DNA of 64,000 nt, taken from positions 29,351,206 to 29,415,205 of the forward strand of contig NC_057718.1 in the NCBI RefSeq assembly GCF_004010195.1, in the 5' to 3' direction. The first letter of the stretch is position 1. The number at the start of each line of letters is the position of its first letter. Made by a program: the position numbers and the translations under genes. The notes beneath the pieces were generated by a model that saw only the letters and a program-made list of their open reading frames with translations, was not told where the DNA came from and did not search any database. Of the stretch, positions 1-12,644 are shown one piece after another. The DNA is from Chiloscyllium plagiosum (taxonomy: Eukaryota).

Positions 1-100
1 ATTCTCCTGTTTCCTGGATGCTGCCTGACCTGCTGGGCTTTTCCAGCAACACATTTTCAGCTCTGATCTCCTCCAGCATCTGCAGACCTCACTTTCTCCT
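1..100. mobile_element. Short Penelope-like (PLE-derived) repeat, partial, cut by window edge
   Basis: Near-identical to 21302-21363 and to the reverse complement of 21093-21190; family name from recognition only. Confidence 0.7.
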
Positions 101-595
101 CTGCCTTTAATGATCCAACTGACTACATAGATGATGTACAGGCGATGGTCAGTAGTTAAAAACAAAATATCACAATGATTTGGTAATGGAGGGTAAAGAA
201 CCGGGCAGTTGTGTTTAAGAGCACTTCTGGGGAAAAAAAAGCAGATGCAGTGATGGGGTTTGTTTCAACTGGCTGTCTGCCCCGATTCCACGGCTGTATT
301 CTACCCAGCTGCCCTTGGAGAGGAAACATGTGGTCCAGCAATATTTTATATGCCTTTAGAGAGAGGTAGACACCACAGGGTGTGGAGTGCTTTATTTCCC
401 CTCCTGATTCCATTTTGATTCAGCTCCATCCTCCTCTCCCTGCCTCCCTGTACAGTAAGAGATGGGTCTGCAGATCCATTTGTCCTTGGCTGGGACTAGC
501 CCAGGTAAGCCATGAATAATATCTATTTTGATATTCAATAACAATTTTTTTTTCGATCAGGCTTCCTGAGTTAGTACAGTACTCTAAAAATCCAG

Positions 596-734
596 ATTCC
601 AAGGATGAGAATGAAGATCAGATTTTCACCCAATTAACAGCGTTTGAGGGCATCAATAATTATAACTCATACTAGTACATATTATTATATAATTACTAGT
701 GAAAAAATCTGCTCCTCATTCTCATCCTTGGAAT
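596..734. repeat. Inverted repeat / fold-back (MITE-like relic)
   Basis: attccaaggatgagaatga (596-614) is the exact reverse complement of 716-734; imperfect pairing continues inward (cagattttcac / gtgaaaaaatctg). Confidence 0.75.
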
Positions 735-1235
735 TTAGTATTCAATATATTGTCTTGGAGTTAGCTTCACCAGATAATTCTATTGGCAAGCCTTACTTCC
801 AGGAGATCTGGACTGTTACCTTTCTCTGCTCAATGTCTTAGTAAACATTCCTGAGCCCAAGGAGCCACCAGGAACCTTTATTCTGTACCAATCATTACTG
901 GAATGTCAAGTGCTGTCAAGATGTCTACTTGCAATGCCAAGGCATAATAGACTATGGACAAAGAGTTAGAAAATGGGATTAAAATAATTAGGCAGTTTTT
1001 GACCAGCATGGATGCCATGGGCTGAAGTATTTTTACTGTGCAGTAGAAATCTGTCTGAGTTTATTATTTAGCCATTTACTTCTCTGAGATTAAATTTAGA
1101 AAAAGTCATACACACTGTCCTGTGAATTATAGTTATCATTTGTCTTGTTTAATTCTATTACTGAATTATTCAACTTTTGTAGTACTCGTTGTTTCAGAGC
1201 CAACAAACATGGTTCCTCAAATTTTATCTTTTCAG

Positions 1236-1304
1236 GAGCTTGAGCAGTATAAAAGAAATGCTTCCAAATCTTGGAAAGAGATGCAGTTTGACATACGAAG
1301 ATAA
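1236..1304 (+). CDS. DYNC2LI1: Cytoplasmic dynein 2 light intermediate chain 1, last coding exon
   Basis: ttttcag acceptor then ELEQYKRNASKSWKEMQFDIRR*; resembles the human C-terminus ([20 protein letters not shown]) and sits in the expected syntenic position, convergent with ABCG5. Confidence 0.88.
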   Translation, partial: ELEQYKRNASKSWKEMQFDIRR

Positions 1305-1660
1305 TTTCACCTCAAGGATTTGCATGGAGCATTTTTTGCAGTTTTGTTCTGACAATGGGTAATTTATATATTTATAGCGAGTAATTTTCTATAAATGTTT
1401 AAATACTATCACTACTTTTTAAATATATATTAACATTTCAGATCTACTTCACTTTTTGGTGACTTTTATCTTTTTCATGTTCAATAATTCATATTCAGTA
1501 TGACAAATGTTTAATTTCTTTACTACCTGTTTTCAACATCAAGAATTCATCAAAGTGATGAGACTTCATGTTTATAACTACAAGAGCAAGAAACACAGGA
1601 CTGAGTCAACATGTAACACTTTTGGCTTGTTTCAAAGTGTTGGTGCCTGTAAAATTTTAA

Positions 1661-1666
1661 AATAAA
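1661..1666 (+). terminator. Candidate polyadenylation signal of DYNC2LI1
   Basis: AATAAA about 360 nt after the stop codon, following an AU-rich stretch. Confidence 0.5.
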
Positions 1667-2682
1667 GTGAATATGATTCAAAATGAATTAATTGAAGCAA
1701 GACCTCCCCATAATTCACCACAATTTTTGGTGCTTCAAATTCTGCTCTTCAAAGGAGGTGATGGCTGAGTGGTATAATTACTAGACTGTTGGTCTAGAGA
1801 CCCAGGCAGTCAGGAATATAAAACTCTTAGAGACAGTTAAGTTTAAATAATTACCTTTATTTACCAATGGCAGTAATGTTACACTATAACATAGACACCT
1901 ACAAGCCAGATTTGAGCTAAGATTCTAAAACCATTAGCAGAGTAGTGGTGCCAGCTCTTACCCCCAAGAGCTCTCTCAGGCCACTCCCCTTATTGCTGCA
2001 AACAAGCTGTCTTTATACAGAATTTGGTATTAAAATTACAAAAACACCAATTTCTGCAGGGAATAAACAAGAAAAATAAAACAAAACTGGATAAAGAAAA
2101 GGTGCTCGTGCTTAATGTTTATTCATTAGAAAGTAAACCAGAAAGAGGGTCCTCCCAGGTTTCTTATAGTGCCCTACTTGAGGAATTTTCTCTCCCTTAC
2201 ATCTAACTGTTAATACCCAGTTATGATTTCCAACAATATTTACATCAACAGAAATAAAGCATCCATTATCAAATAGATATAGCACGGAAAGAGGCATTTT
2301 TTCTCTCTCTCCTGCACAGACGCACACATATAAGTCCATCACAGCAATAAAATGGCAAAAGTTTGCAGAGGAAGCTACATGCACATCAAAGTGGGAAACC
2401 TGGATCCAGCCAGGCCAAATAGTCAATTTGCTTTGGCTAGTACATTATAACAAGAGACTAGTGAAAAGGTCATGAGGTAACCTTGCTCAGCTAACATGTT
2501 CAGTATCATTATCCTACAAAATGGCTTTTTCTTTTAAAGTCATCTTGGATTCCCAGAATGCAAATTAAATTCATAACATTCCCAGATCTCAAGTTCCCAG
2601 AAATAACACACAAAGATTCAATCCATGACAAGCCAGTGTTCACTCAAATCAGACCATAAATGGTTAATTTTCCATCAGCTTC

Positions 2683-2706
2683 TGTCTCTCTCTCTCTCTC
2701 TCTCTC
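2683..2706. repeat. (CT)n microsatellite
   Basis: Direct reading. Confidence 0.85.
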
Positions 2707-3499
2707 TTTGTCTCTGCATCTCTTGAACCCTTCAATCAGTGAATGTAATATATAGAAGAATGTTTTCTCTCTCTCACTCACACCTAAACATCTTCCAATT
2801 TCCTTACTATGTCGGTTTTTTCCTAGCCTTTTAAGGGTAATGAGGCATTCACATTCCAGCACAGTCATAATGAGGGAATCGAGCTTCATAAATACAAATC
2901 TGCTCAGTGTTGTATACATGGAAATGCATCAGGATTGTTCTATTATGTGCATATTCCACCCAGTTTATTAAATTACAAGTTTTTTTTCCTACTGAGTATG
3001 AGTTTTGTTCAGAGTTTTTGATATAATCCAGCAGTTTAGTTATTCTACATCCTATTGTGAAATATGTGCCTCTGACATGAGAAGGAAGTACTGCCACACA
3101 TTCCACAAGTGAACAAATGTTATCACCTTATTTACACTGATACTTTGACACCAAGAACAGGTGTCCCCAATTACTTTGAACAAGCACTTTTCTGTATTCT
3201 CTGCAGCAAATGTGTTACATTTAAGACTACATGCTTTTTCAGAAGGTACAATGATGAAACGCTAAACTCAAATCAGGAAATGGAATTGTACACAGGTTTA
3301 CGTCAATCTATGCCTCAAACAGAAACCTAGTGTGGAAATCTAGAGTGAAGTTTGGCTGTTGCTGTGTTCAGTGAGGCCCTTTCAGCTCCTTCTATTCTAA
3401 ATAGACTCAATGCCCCAGTCAAGTACATCTAACTTGTAAAATGCTATCCAAAACACAATAGGGTGTGAAGAGCAAGAGGCTCCAATGCTATTCAACACA

Positions 3500-5076
3500 G
3501 TATGACATGAATTCATACCTGTTGAGGGACAGGCGCAAGTTCAGGAAATGAAAAAAAGGTTGAGATGGAGAACTGATCAATAAGAGGCAGGTTGAACTAT
3601 TGTATTAAAACAAGATAATCCATCTTTGTGTAACTGACTGGTAAGGCTATTTGAGGATCTTTCTATTGTTGGTACTCATTCTCTAAAGTGGCACTAATGA
3701 AAAAGGAAGAAGTTAGAGAAAAGCAAGGAAGACAACTGGTTCTGATTAGCTGATTTTTGAGATCTAACTTCTTTTCATACACAAGTAACAGATGCAGAAT
3801 TAGCATACTCACAGTAGTGCTGTCATTTGAGATGTCAAGATGATCATTCATGTCCTCTTTCAGTTCATAACCAAGCCCAGGTAAAGGTCTTATGTTCAGA
3901 CTTACAAACTTTGGTGAACAGTGGAACCAGTTATTTTTTGGCTGATGACAGCAAAAGAGCTAGAACATTAAGTGAGAATAGTTGCTTACAAGCAGAGAAT
4001 TTTGCTTCCATATGTCCACCGCCCACTTCAGCAGGCAGCATCTCTAACAGGACTTGCAGATCCAGTATTTGGCCCTTTAGTCTCCTCAGGACCCATAACA
4101 CCAGAGGGATAAATAGTCATCCATATCCGAAGGGACAGTCTAAATGTGCCAGAGGTCCTTTGTGTCCTATTCCACAGCTGGAAGACTTGAGAAGGTGGGA
4201 CAAGCAACTTGTATTTCGAAGCTGGACTTATTGAAAAAGATACCTTTATCTGAGAAAGCGAAGGAAATTTCAGCTTTCATGACACTAGGTGAGCCCCTCG
4301 TTTGTAATGAACCAGACCAAACTCCCTTCAGATATAACAATGGGATAGTATAGACCCTAACTTTTACTTAAAGGCATGTTTAAGCTGCTGTGTTCCAGAG
4401 ATAATTTGTTTGGTTATATTACTCGGCTTTAAGCAAAACACACTTTATTCTTACCTTATAGTTAAAATACAAACAAAAGAAAGAATTGGAATAACTTAAC
4501 TCTATTGGAAAACTTAATAAAATAACAGATTATTTAACTACTAAACAGCAACCGTTCCAATATAGTAACATGCCGTAAGCGCACTTTGACAAAGGCAAAT
4601 TCAATAAAATAGATCGTCTCACTTGCAGTTCTGGCAACAGAAAGAACTTCAGCGTTTAGCTGTAACAGAGAGAAACAACAGCTTCCATATCCAGCTTCAA
4701 GACTCCAGCAACTACTGAAAGAACATAGAACAATACAGTGTAGAACAGGCCCTTCAGCCCTCAATGTTGCGCCAATCCGTGAACTATTCTCAGCTTGTCC
4801 CCCTACACTATCCCATCATCATCCATGTGTTCATCCAAGGATTGTTTAAATCTCCTTAATGTGGCTGAGTTAACTGAGAAAGCCAAACTAAAACTTGGTT
4901 CTATAGAAGCCTAAATCCACACATTCATGCTTCATTGTTCCTTGGGTTAAAAAAAATCTAAGGCCTCATAAGCTGTTTATTGGCTTGGAATAGACTGCTT
5001 GTTATCTCAGCCTCAAACTCTCTTTGGAAGAAAAAGCAGGACAAACTGCACCTCTTAAAGCCGTAATATCGTCACA
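3500..5076 (-). mobile_element. Probable LTR retroelement relic (LTR about 4302-5076, decayed internal sequence to the left, LINE tail inserted about 4718-4875)
   Basis: Minus strand begins TGTGACGATATT at 5076 and reaches ...CATTACA followed by a PBS-like GAGGGGCTC near 4290-4302; no intact ORF. Confidence 0.4.
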
Positions 5077-5551
5077 CTTTAAAGGAACAACTGAAAGCAA
5101 GTGAAACCATCTTGTATTCTTTTCCTTTGTCATACAGCTTAAGGGCTACTGATAAAAGTCTCACATATACAAAATCAAAGAGGAAAAGTGCAGGACCTTG
5201 AGGTGGAGTAATATGAGCAGAGAACCCATCTTTGGGCAGATAACTACACTAGACTGTTTGTCAAATTGTTTACACAGAAAGGAAATAGAGTTTTTCTTTT
5301 CTATAGCACTTTACATTTCTCAGAATTTTACAGCCAATCAATTGTTGACTGTAAATGTCAAAAGACCACCTCAATTAGAGCCTGGAAAACCTCACAGAAG
5401 AAGTTAATTGCAGTTTACAAGAACAGCTTTCTATTAACTATTTAACCAAATATTTGAGAATTGTATCCATAAAAATACTGACTAACTAGTAAAACTTAAA
5501 CTGAACATAAAGCAAAATGTACCTCAAAATATACCCTTGGGATAAATGAGC

Positions 5552-5557
5552 TTTATT
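5552..5557 (-). terminator. Candidate polyadenylation signal of ABCG5
   Basis: TTTATT on + (AATAAA on -), about 930 nt past the ABCG5 stop, after an AU-rich putative 3' UTR. Confidence 0.5.
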
Positions 5558-6488
5558 TCCTATGATATGTACACATTCTCACAATTTGTTTTACAAATCA
5601 CAATATAATTTGAAAATGTAAACCATTTCTTGATCATGTAGTAATGTGCTCTCTTCAAAAACATTTTCAAAACAATTATGCTAAAAATATATGGTGGATA
5701 TTACATTAAATAATAAATTTCTACAACTTAAAACCTGCCAGATGAAATGAAAATAAATCATGGCCAAATAGCTACATTAAATCTGTTATATTTAAAAGAC
5801 AAGAACTTACATAACATCTTTTGTTAAAATAGTCTTATGACATCAATTTGATATCATTGTGCCACAGAATGTTTAGAATTGGGTTTCTGGGGGGATAATT
5901 TTCCAAAATCATTAAGACCAGTGTTAAATGGCCAGTTATCAGACCTGATGCCGCATTCTATATTATGGGCCACACCACTTTTTTTTAAATTACCTAAGTC
6001 CACTCTAGATCACTTTTCATTTAAATATGAAGGTTCCAATTCCAAATCTATTTAAATGTAAAGGATCTCTTCCATCTCCTCATGACCTAGTGAGTATGTT
6101 CGTTATAAAGCTAATTCATACAGACCAAGAACATCCTAAGATTGATTCCAAATCTGTACTAGGCCAATCTTATCTGAAGTGGCAAGCAAGGTGTCAGGGT
6201 GGAATAAAAGGGGGTAAAATGTCAGTCAGGGCTGCTCTTCTTTCTTTAACATCCCCCTAAGTGATGTATATTTGAGAACAGGATTAAACTGACTGAGCTA
6301 TGTTGACCAGTCTGACAATATTAGCAGTGTCCAAAGTATGGTGGGGCAACCAAACCCTGCACCTATACCTCAGCAGATGAAGTTTAAGGAAAAGAGAAAA
6401 ACAAACAATCAAAAGGAAGATCCATAATTAAGTTCCTCACATTCTTTCAGGAGTGTTGTAAGCATCTCAAGATGCAGCCCTTTTGTCC

Positions 6489-6685
6489 TCAGTGCCTCTG
6501 GATGATTAAATCTCTAACCTTGAAACTAATAATGCCAAGGATAACCAGAGCAGGCAAGAAAGCATACAGCATTAGAAAATCAAACACGAATCTAGAAGGT
6601 GCACCAGGATATGTTGAATCAAGGTACTGAATTCCTCGTGTAAACCAGCAAGGAATGTTTGTGTTGTTAGGAGATGACTGTTCAC
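6489..6685 (-). CDS. ABCG5: ABCG5 exon 13 (last coding exon)
   Basis: cccacag acceptor; (G)EQSSPNNTNIPCWFTRGIQYLDSTYPGAPSRF...ISFKVRDLIIQRH*; final TM helix. Confidence 0.93.
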
Positions 6686-8182
6686 CTGTGGGTAGAAATA
6701 TCAAAACAACCGGTTACTAGTGATTTGGAATCTCATATTGCATATTATAAATAAAATTTGTACGACCTTTTGTCTATAATACCTATCCATGAAACTACAA
6801 TTAGTTTGTCACAACACGATACGAGTTGGCACAATTACTTCTGACAAAAGCCATAAATGTTTTTCATGATAAAAGGCCTTTTGTTATCATCTATCTTAGT
6901 TAATGTTGAAACAATTGTAAATGATGGTCCTACTTAGTGCAAATAAATTATGATTTTCAACGTGATAAAAATAAATATTACAAAAAGTTATTTTAGCCGC
7001 ATCAATTAGCATTCTTTCAAAACTATACCAATCTAAGACTGCAACTAACGAGATAACGAACAAGCTGGGAGAAAGTTCAAAAGCTGTACTTGTATGAAGT
7101 ACGCTTGTATAACTTATCAGTACTGGACATGTTTCACAGGTTGCACGGAATATCGGGAACAAGAAGAACCCTGTGAAATTTCACCACACCTTTCAACACA
7201 GAATCACGTTGCTTTGCTTAACTTTAATATTCTAAATTTAAGATGATTCGATATTCATGACTATATTCTGTCAATAAGGCAATTAATCTTTGTGCGAGGT
7301 ACCAAAATCTTTGAAAGCAAAGCACTCCTTAGTTCATAGAATAGATTATGTTTATCACTTTTCAATAAATCCATATCCTTAAAGAATATCATTTACAAAC
7401 AGAACAGGCAAATTGTTGTTCTGGATTGGATGCTTCTTCAGAAGTGAAAAAAAAAGAATAAATACTTCATTGGAATCATAAACAAAAAGGTCTGTCACCT
7501 GAAGTTCAATCAAATTACAGGGAAAAATGGGAGCTTTTTTGGAAGGCTGATATAATCTTTGTATCAGGTGATGAAATAAAGAACATATAAAATGTTAAAT
7601 TTTTCTAAGACACATGAGGATGAGGTAAGAACTTGGGAGAAAATTGAAAATCTTGATAAAAGTGCAGATTAAGTCAGGAATTAAATCAGAAAATGCAGAC
7701 ATGACGGATAGAACAGATCCATGCCATCATGCAGGCACCCTGACTAGCACTCCACCCAAAAGCTCCCCTGGACTCTGACACTCTCACTCTACATCACCAG
7801 CAGCCTTTATTAGGAAAGTCAGAACTTTTGTACTTAATTTCCATGGAATCAATATTTTATATCTTATATACAAACCTTTTTTGTGCATCTATTAAAAATG
7901 TAGCTTTCAATTTTAAAAGTCATTTTAAAAACTACATTTCAAAACTGTCAAATCCACAAAAAAACCTGGCAATTTATGAATCCAATTTCTAAATGAGCTA
8001 TTTAACATGTTAACTCTTAGTATTTAACTATGAAATCTTTTAAGCAAACTCTGCAAGCCAGTTGTGACACAGCAAAACCCATGTTTAGTTTTATTTTTTA
8101 ATTGATTATTCAAAGTTTTGTGAAACATGCCCTTGCTGATTTGCAATAATTGTAAAACATATGGCTCTACTTACTTTAATAA

Positions 8183-8279
8183 TGACCTTGAAGGTGAGTG
8201 AGTAACCTTGAATCTAAGTCGGCAACCTTGAACGTTACAGCAACAAAGCTAATTTTATATAAATGAAGTGCAAAGTTCA
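8183..8279. promoter_or_regulatory. Candidate hepatic/intestinal enhancer motif cluster (3 NR5A/ERR-type sites + HNF4-type DR1)
   Basis: TGACCTTGA 8183, TAACCTTGA 8203, CAACCTTGA 8223; AGTGCAAAGTTCA 8267-8279. Motif evidence only. Confidence 0.4.
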
Positions 8280-8321
8280 TCCCATTTTATTTCATTTTAA
8301 GCCCTCAAATTAAACACTCAC

Positions 8322-8440
8322 CATTGACACATGTGAAATTTAAACCATAAAATTCGTTAACCATCAGGACTTCCACTCCATATTTCTGAAACGTGAGGTA
8401 ACTCAGCCACTGGAATGGTTCGGGCATGTCTTCTGCACTT
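8322..8440 (-). CDS. ABCG5: ABCG5 exon 12
   Basis: (R)[39 protein letters not shown]; aag acceptor, gtgagt donor; 119 nt keeps frame. Confidence 0.92.
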
Positions 8441-9504
8441 CTTTGGTTATAAAATTAAAGGAAGTCAATATTAAATCATATTGCCTCACAGCAGCTTATT
8501 TACCAGTTTTCTGAAATACAATATATTCACACATTTATCCCCTTAATTTCACTCATCATTTCCTTTAGATACTAAATATACTTCTACTGTTCTAAGAGTC
8601 TTTCACCAACAACGTAGTGACCCAGTAACCACAAACCTGTGCTACAGCACAGAGATGGCACAGCTAACACTACCTTGCAATACCAACTACACATTCCTAC
8701 CCGTATTGCCATTTATGTGCCAGGCCACACACTTTATCAGTCCATAGGCAAATCTCACCTTACAAACCGCTAAGTCACTGCTGCCGTTCCCAAAGTCCAC
8801 TGTAACCAAACATTACTACTGTGAGGCCATCATATACAGGAAAGCCTTCAGATGATGCAAAAAGTTAACTTATATTTATAGAAACCAAGAGTAAACAGAA
8901 ATTAAACAAATAAAAGCTGCATTTCTCCGCCTGAAGACAAATGGTACTTTACAGTCAATGAATGATCACTATATCCAATGCACATCTATTGAAACTGGGT
9001 TTACAATTGGGTCTACTATGGTTTGTAATTTTTGACAAGGTTGCGCTCTGTCATGAACAAGGTGATGCTCATCCTCTTCCTAGGAAGACTTTTCTGGCTC
9101 TACCTTTGTTGCCAGCTTCAGATGTGGAGAGCTTAGTGTGCTAGAATTATGCAGCACACTTTATCCAGACTAATCCAAGCAGTGAATGCCTGCTTGATGC
9201 CTGCTGTACCATAGCCCTGGTCAAAGAATGGTTGCATTGCATCTATGCTGCATTTCAGACACAGGGTTTCATACTGGAGTCATCAGCCACAGTTGTAGAG
9301 GGGAGCCCTTGTCCCCAGTAACCATGCCGTAAGGCATCAGTGCCCTCAAACAGAGCAGGAAAACAAGAACTCTCAAGAATAATGGCAACTCCCAGGGTAC
9401 TGGGGGCAAACTTCTAAAAAGTGGTACTGACGGTCACAGATCTCTTGAGCATTGATAGAATAGAACCATTTTGTATCGATGAACCTAGCTACATGAAGAT
9501 ATGG

Positions 9505-9672
9505 GCAGAAGTGGATACTGCAGATGCTGGAGATCAGAGTCAAGATTAGTGTGGTGCTGAGAAGCGCAGCAGGTCAAGAAGGGCTTTTGCCTGAAACGTT
9601 GATTTTTTTCCTGCTCCTCAGATGCTGCCTGACCTGCTGTGCTTCTCCAGCACCACATTAATATTGACTCTG
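9505..9672. mobile_element. Fold-back Penelope-like short element inserted in the Harbinger relic
   Basis: Arms about 9536-9575 and 9630-9671 are reverse complements; flanked by catgaagatatgg (9492-9504) / catgacgatgtgg (9673-9685). Confidence 0.7.
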
Positions 9673-9806
9673 CATGACGATGTGGCCTTCTCATTGCAAT
9701 TTTACTATCCAGGCTACAGCACTGACCTCGTCAAATGGAAATGAAATGAACTGATGTGATTTGGCATAAATAGCATCGATTACAGTCTTGATACATTTGT
9801 GGATGG

Positions 9807-9997
9807 ATGATTGAGAGATCCCACATGGTTCCCTGCAACGACCCAGTCACACACATGTTTAATAAAGCCATGATTGAGAGATCCCACATGGCTCCCTGCA
9901 ACGACCAAGTCACACACATGTTTAATAAAGCCATGATTGAGAGATCCCACATGGCTCCCTGCAACGACCCAGTCACACACATGTTTAATAAAGCCAT
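9807..9997. repeat. Tandem repeat, 3 x 63 bp
   Basis: Unit atgattgagagatcccacatgg(t/c)tccctgcaacgacc(c/a)agtcacacacatgtttaataaagcc; 21-aa periodicity in three overlapping ORFs. Confidence 0.95.
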
Positions 9998-11959
9998 CAC
10001 TTTGATGGTCACCAGGAGGGAAACACCACCCACACCTTCAGGCATCGAGGATGAAACACTCTGGTCTTCCTTTGTCTCTGTCACATTCTGAGGGACCTTC
10101 AGTTGTGATCTCTTCACGTGGTGGAAATTGTTTGGATTCCACCAGAAATTACAGGTGTATCTATTTGTCCTCTATCTCTCCACATTTTCACTGCAAAGTA
10201 GCAACAGAGATGATCACACCTGCTTGGCTGGGTCCAGCAGACATGCTGACAATTAATAGCTGTGAGGCACATAAGGAATAGAACAGTCAAGTTACATCAA
10301 CTCCAAATTAAAGCTTAACATGTCTCACTCTATGGAGGAGCATGTTACATTCTAACAAGGAGGGCAATGAAAGAATTCATCTTGGTACTTTGACACAGGA
10401 TCTTAATTCAATGAGTGCTCCACCACTCATTTAGCAAAGAGAAAGTAGCAGTGTGTAAGTGCTGAATGAGCAATGAACCTTTCTCTCCCAACACCTAATC
10501 AGCCATGGAAGCCATCACTGCACATAAGACACTTTTAGCAAGCTGCAGATCATGGAAAGCAATGCAGTTCGTGGTAAATACGACAAGTACCAAGCTCTGC
10601 CTGGTCATCAGGTAGCCCCTCCCTCCCCAATGTCTTTCCACCTAGCACTCGCTGGACAGCCTTTGATCAAAGCCTAGTATGTCCTGATCCACCACCTTGA
10701 ACTGAGTCTGCCAGTCTTCCTTACCTGCTGAGCTCTGCCACAAGGGTTTGGCAATGCCATTGTGCTGCACAGTCCCCACAATGCGACAACTGTGGTGGTG
10801 ACTGCCTATTGCCTGCCTCTCCTCTTGTGTAGCATCCTATGTTCTCCCATTACCAGTAACTCCCCCCCCCCCCCCCCACCCTGATACACACACACTCATT
10901 GAATTATCCCTATTACCACCCTTTTTCTGTTCTGTATCCCATTCTGCTGCCTAAAATCTCCATCTGATCCTTCTACCCCAATGTCTACATTGTCCCATTC
11001 CCCAGACTGTACTGAGATGGAGCCATTGAAAGTGATTGCTCCAAGAGGGCAACTGATCGTGCCTAGGCACCTGGACTGTGAATGGACACTGCCCCTGACT
11101 GACTGGATCCCTGATTGACTCTTCCCCCACTTAACTTGGAGAGCTACCCCTTCAACTTGGAGACATGGCATTTAGTTGAAAAACAGTGTTTGTTGAGCAG
11201 ATACGTATGATATCGATGTAACAGAGCCACCCAGCCACACGTCCAACCCCTGTCTGATGACTGCTGATACACTGCCTAGCTTGGTATCTGCACTGAACAG
11301 CAAGGCAAGGCAAGCCTTTCAGCTGTGCCAAGCACAAGGACACAGGGTAAAGTAAGGCATTCATGTCGACATCCAGGTAGGCATTAAGTGAGTGAGCACT
11401 AAGAGAGCAACCCAGCAGCCTGGAGATGTGGCTTGGTCCAATCCATTAGCTGGGTGCCTGTCCCTGTCTGCAAATTGTCCTCGCAGCAACCTTTTGGTAA
11501 TAACTGCAGGTGCGCTTGAAAGTGCAGCATTACAGTGTAAAGATATACTTTATATGGATTGGAGATGAACCACAATGATGTGGGGAGGCTGGCACATGTT
11601 GTATACCAGCATCTGTGAACATGGGAATGTGTGGCTGCTGCTCATACAGCATGCTCTGAAATGCAGGTGTCAAGTGTCCAAGATGGAGTGAGTGGTAAGC
11701 TGGAGTTATCAGACACCCACTCAGACTTTTGAGATGGGAATTCTCGGCATCTAGTTTCTATCCAGCATATGGTAGAGTAGCAGCTTGCATATTAATGAGG
11801 TAAGTTTCAGTATTAATGAGGGTAGTGACAAGTAAACATCCCCATTAATAGGCATCTCACTGCTCCCTAGTGAGAATCTTATCTGGAACACTTGGATAAT
11901 GTGTCTTGTTGCTCCCAGTGTTGAGAAAGGCTTTGTTTAACTTCAAAGACCAAATGACC

Positions 11960-12520
11960 ATCAGAAATGGGAACAGGTGTAGGCCATTTAGCCCCTCAAA
12001 CCTGCTGTCCAATTCATTAAGATCCTGGCTGACCTGACACTCCTCACATCCACTTCCCTATGTTTTCCCCAGAACTCCTCCTGATCAAGAATATATCTAT
12101 CTCAGTCTTAAATACACTCAAGGACTCTGCTCTCAGAACTCTGTGGCAAGGAGTTCCAAAGACTCTCAAATCTCTGAGAGAAGAAATTTCTTATCTTAGT
12201 CCTAAATTGATGACCCATTATTCTGAGGTTATGCTCTGTGGTCCTAAGCTCTCCTTTGAAGATCCTGAAGAAGGGTTCCACCAAAAACATTGACTTCTCC
12301 ACATTCTGATGCTGCCTGGCTTGCTGTGTTCTTCCAGTCTCCTGCCTATCTCCCATGAAGGGAAGCATCCATTCAGCATTTAGCCCTGTCAAGCTCCTTA
12401 AGAATCCTGTATATTTCAAAACGATCACCACTTACTCTTCAAAACTTCAATGAATAATGTTGTAATTTTTTATTCTTTGCTCATAAAACAATCCCTCTAG
12501 TGAACCTTCTCTGACCTACC
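11960..12520 (-). mobile_element. Old CR1-type LINE 3' fragment with a short PLE-like insert (about 12260-12350)
   Basis: Minus-strand ORF has RNFFSQRFESLWNSLPQ, the CR1 ORF2 C-terminal motif. Confidence 0.65.
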
Positions 12521-12644
12521 TCCAACTGAGCAAAGCTGAGCAGGTGAATACTGTGCTAGAGTTGTTTGAAAGCACTGCCAATTACACACTCCATTTACTA
12601 ATTTAGATGGTGGACAGATGGAGAGGCAACTAATTGGATTGGAC

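Larger units (their letters stand above)
9170..10110 (-). mobile_element. Decayed PIF/Harbinger (HARBI1-like) transposase
   Basis: Minus-strand remnants in the expected order: LLVTIKVMALLNMCVTGSLQG, KWFYSINAQEICD (about 9432-9470), VCPQYPGSCH (about 9385-9411), WLLG/DKG (about 9305-9324, frameshifted). Confidence 0.7.

Noticed and set aside
3827..4234. 135-aa plus-strand ORF
   Set aside because: No recognisable domain; antisense to a probable LTR element internal region.
9731..10117. ORFs with a 21-aa repeat on both strands, superficially a repeat protein or CRISPR-like array
   Set aside because: Produced by a 63-bp tandem triplication with no unique spacers, inside a decayed transposase.
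10862..10877. Poly-C run (G-quadruplex potential on the minus strand)
   Set aside because: Simple homopolymer in repeat-derived DNA; length unreliable in assemblies.
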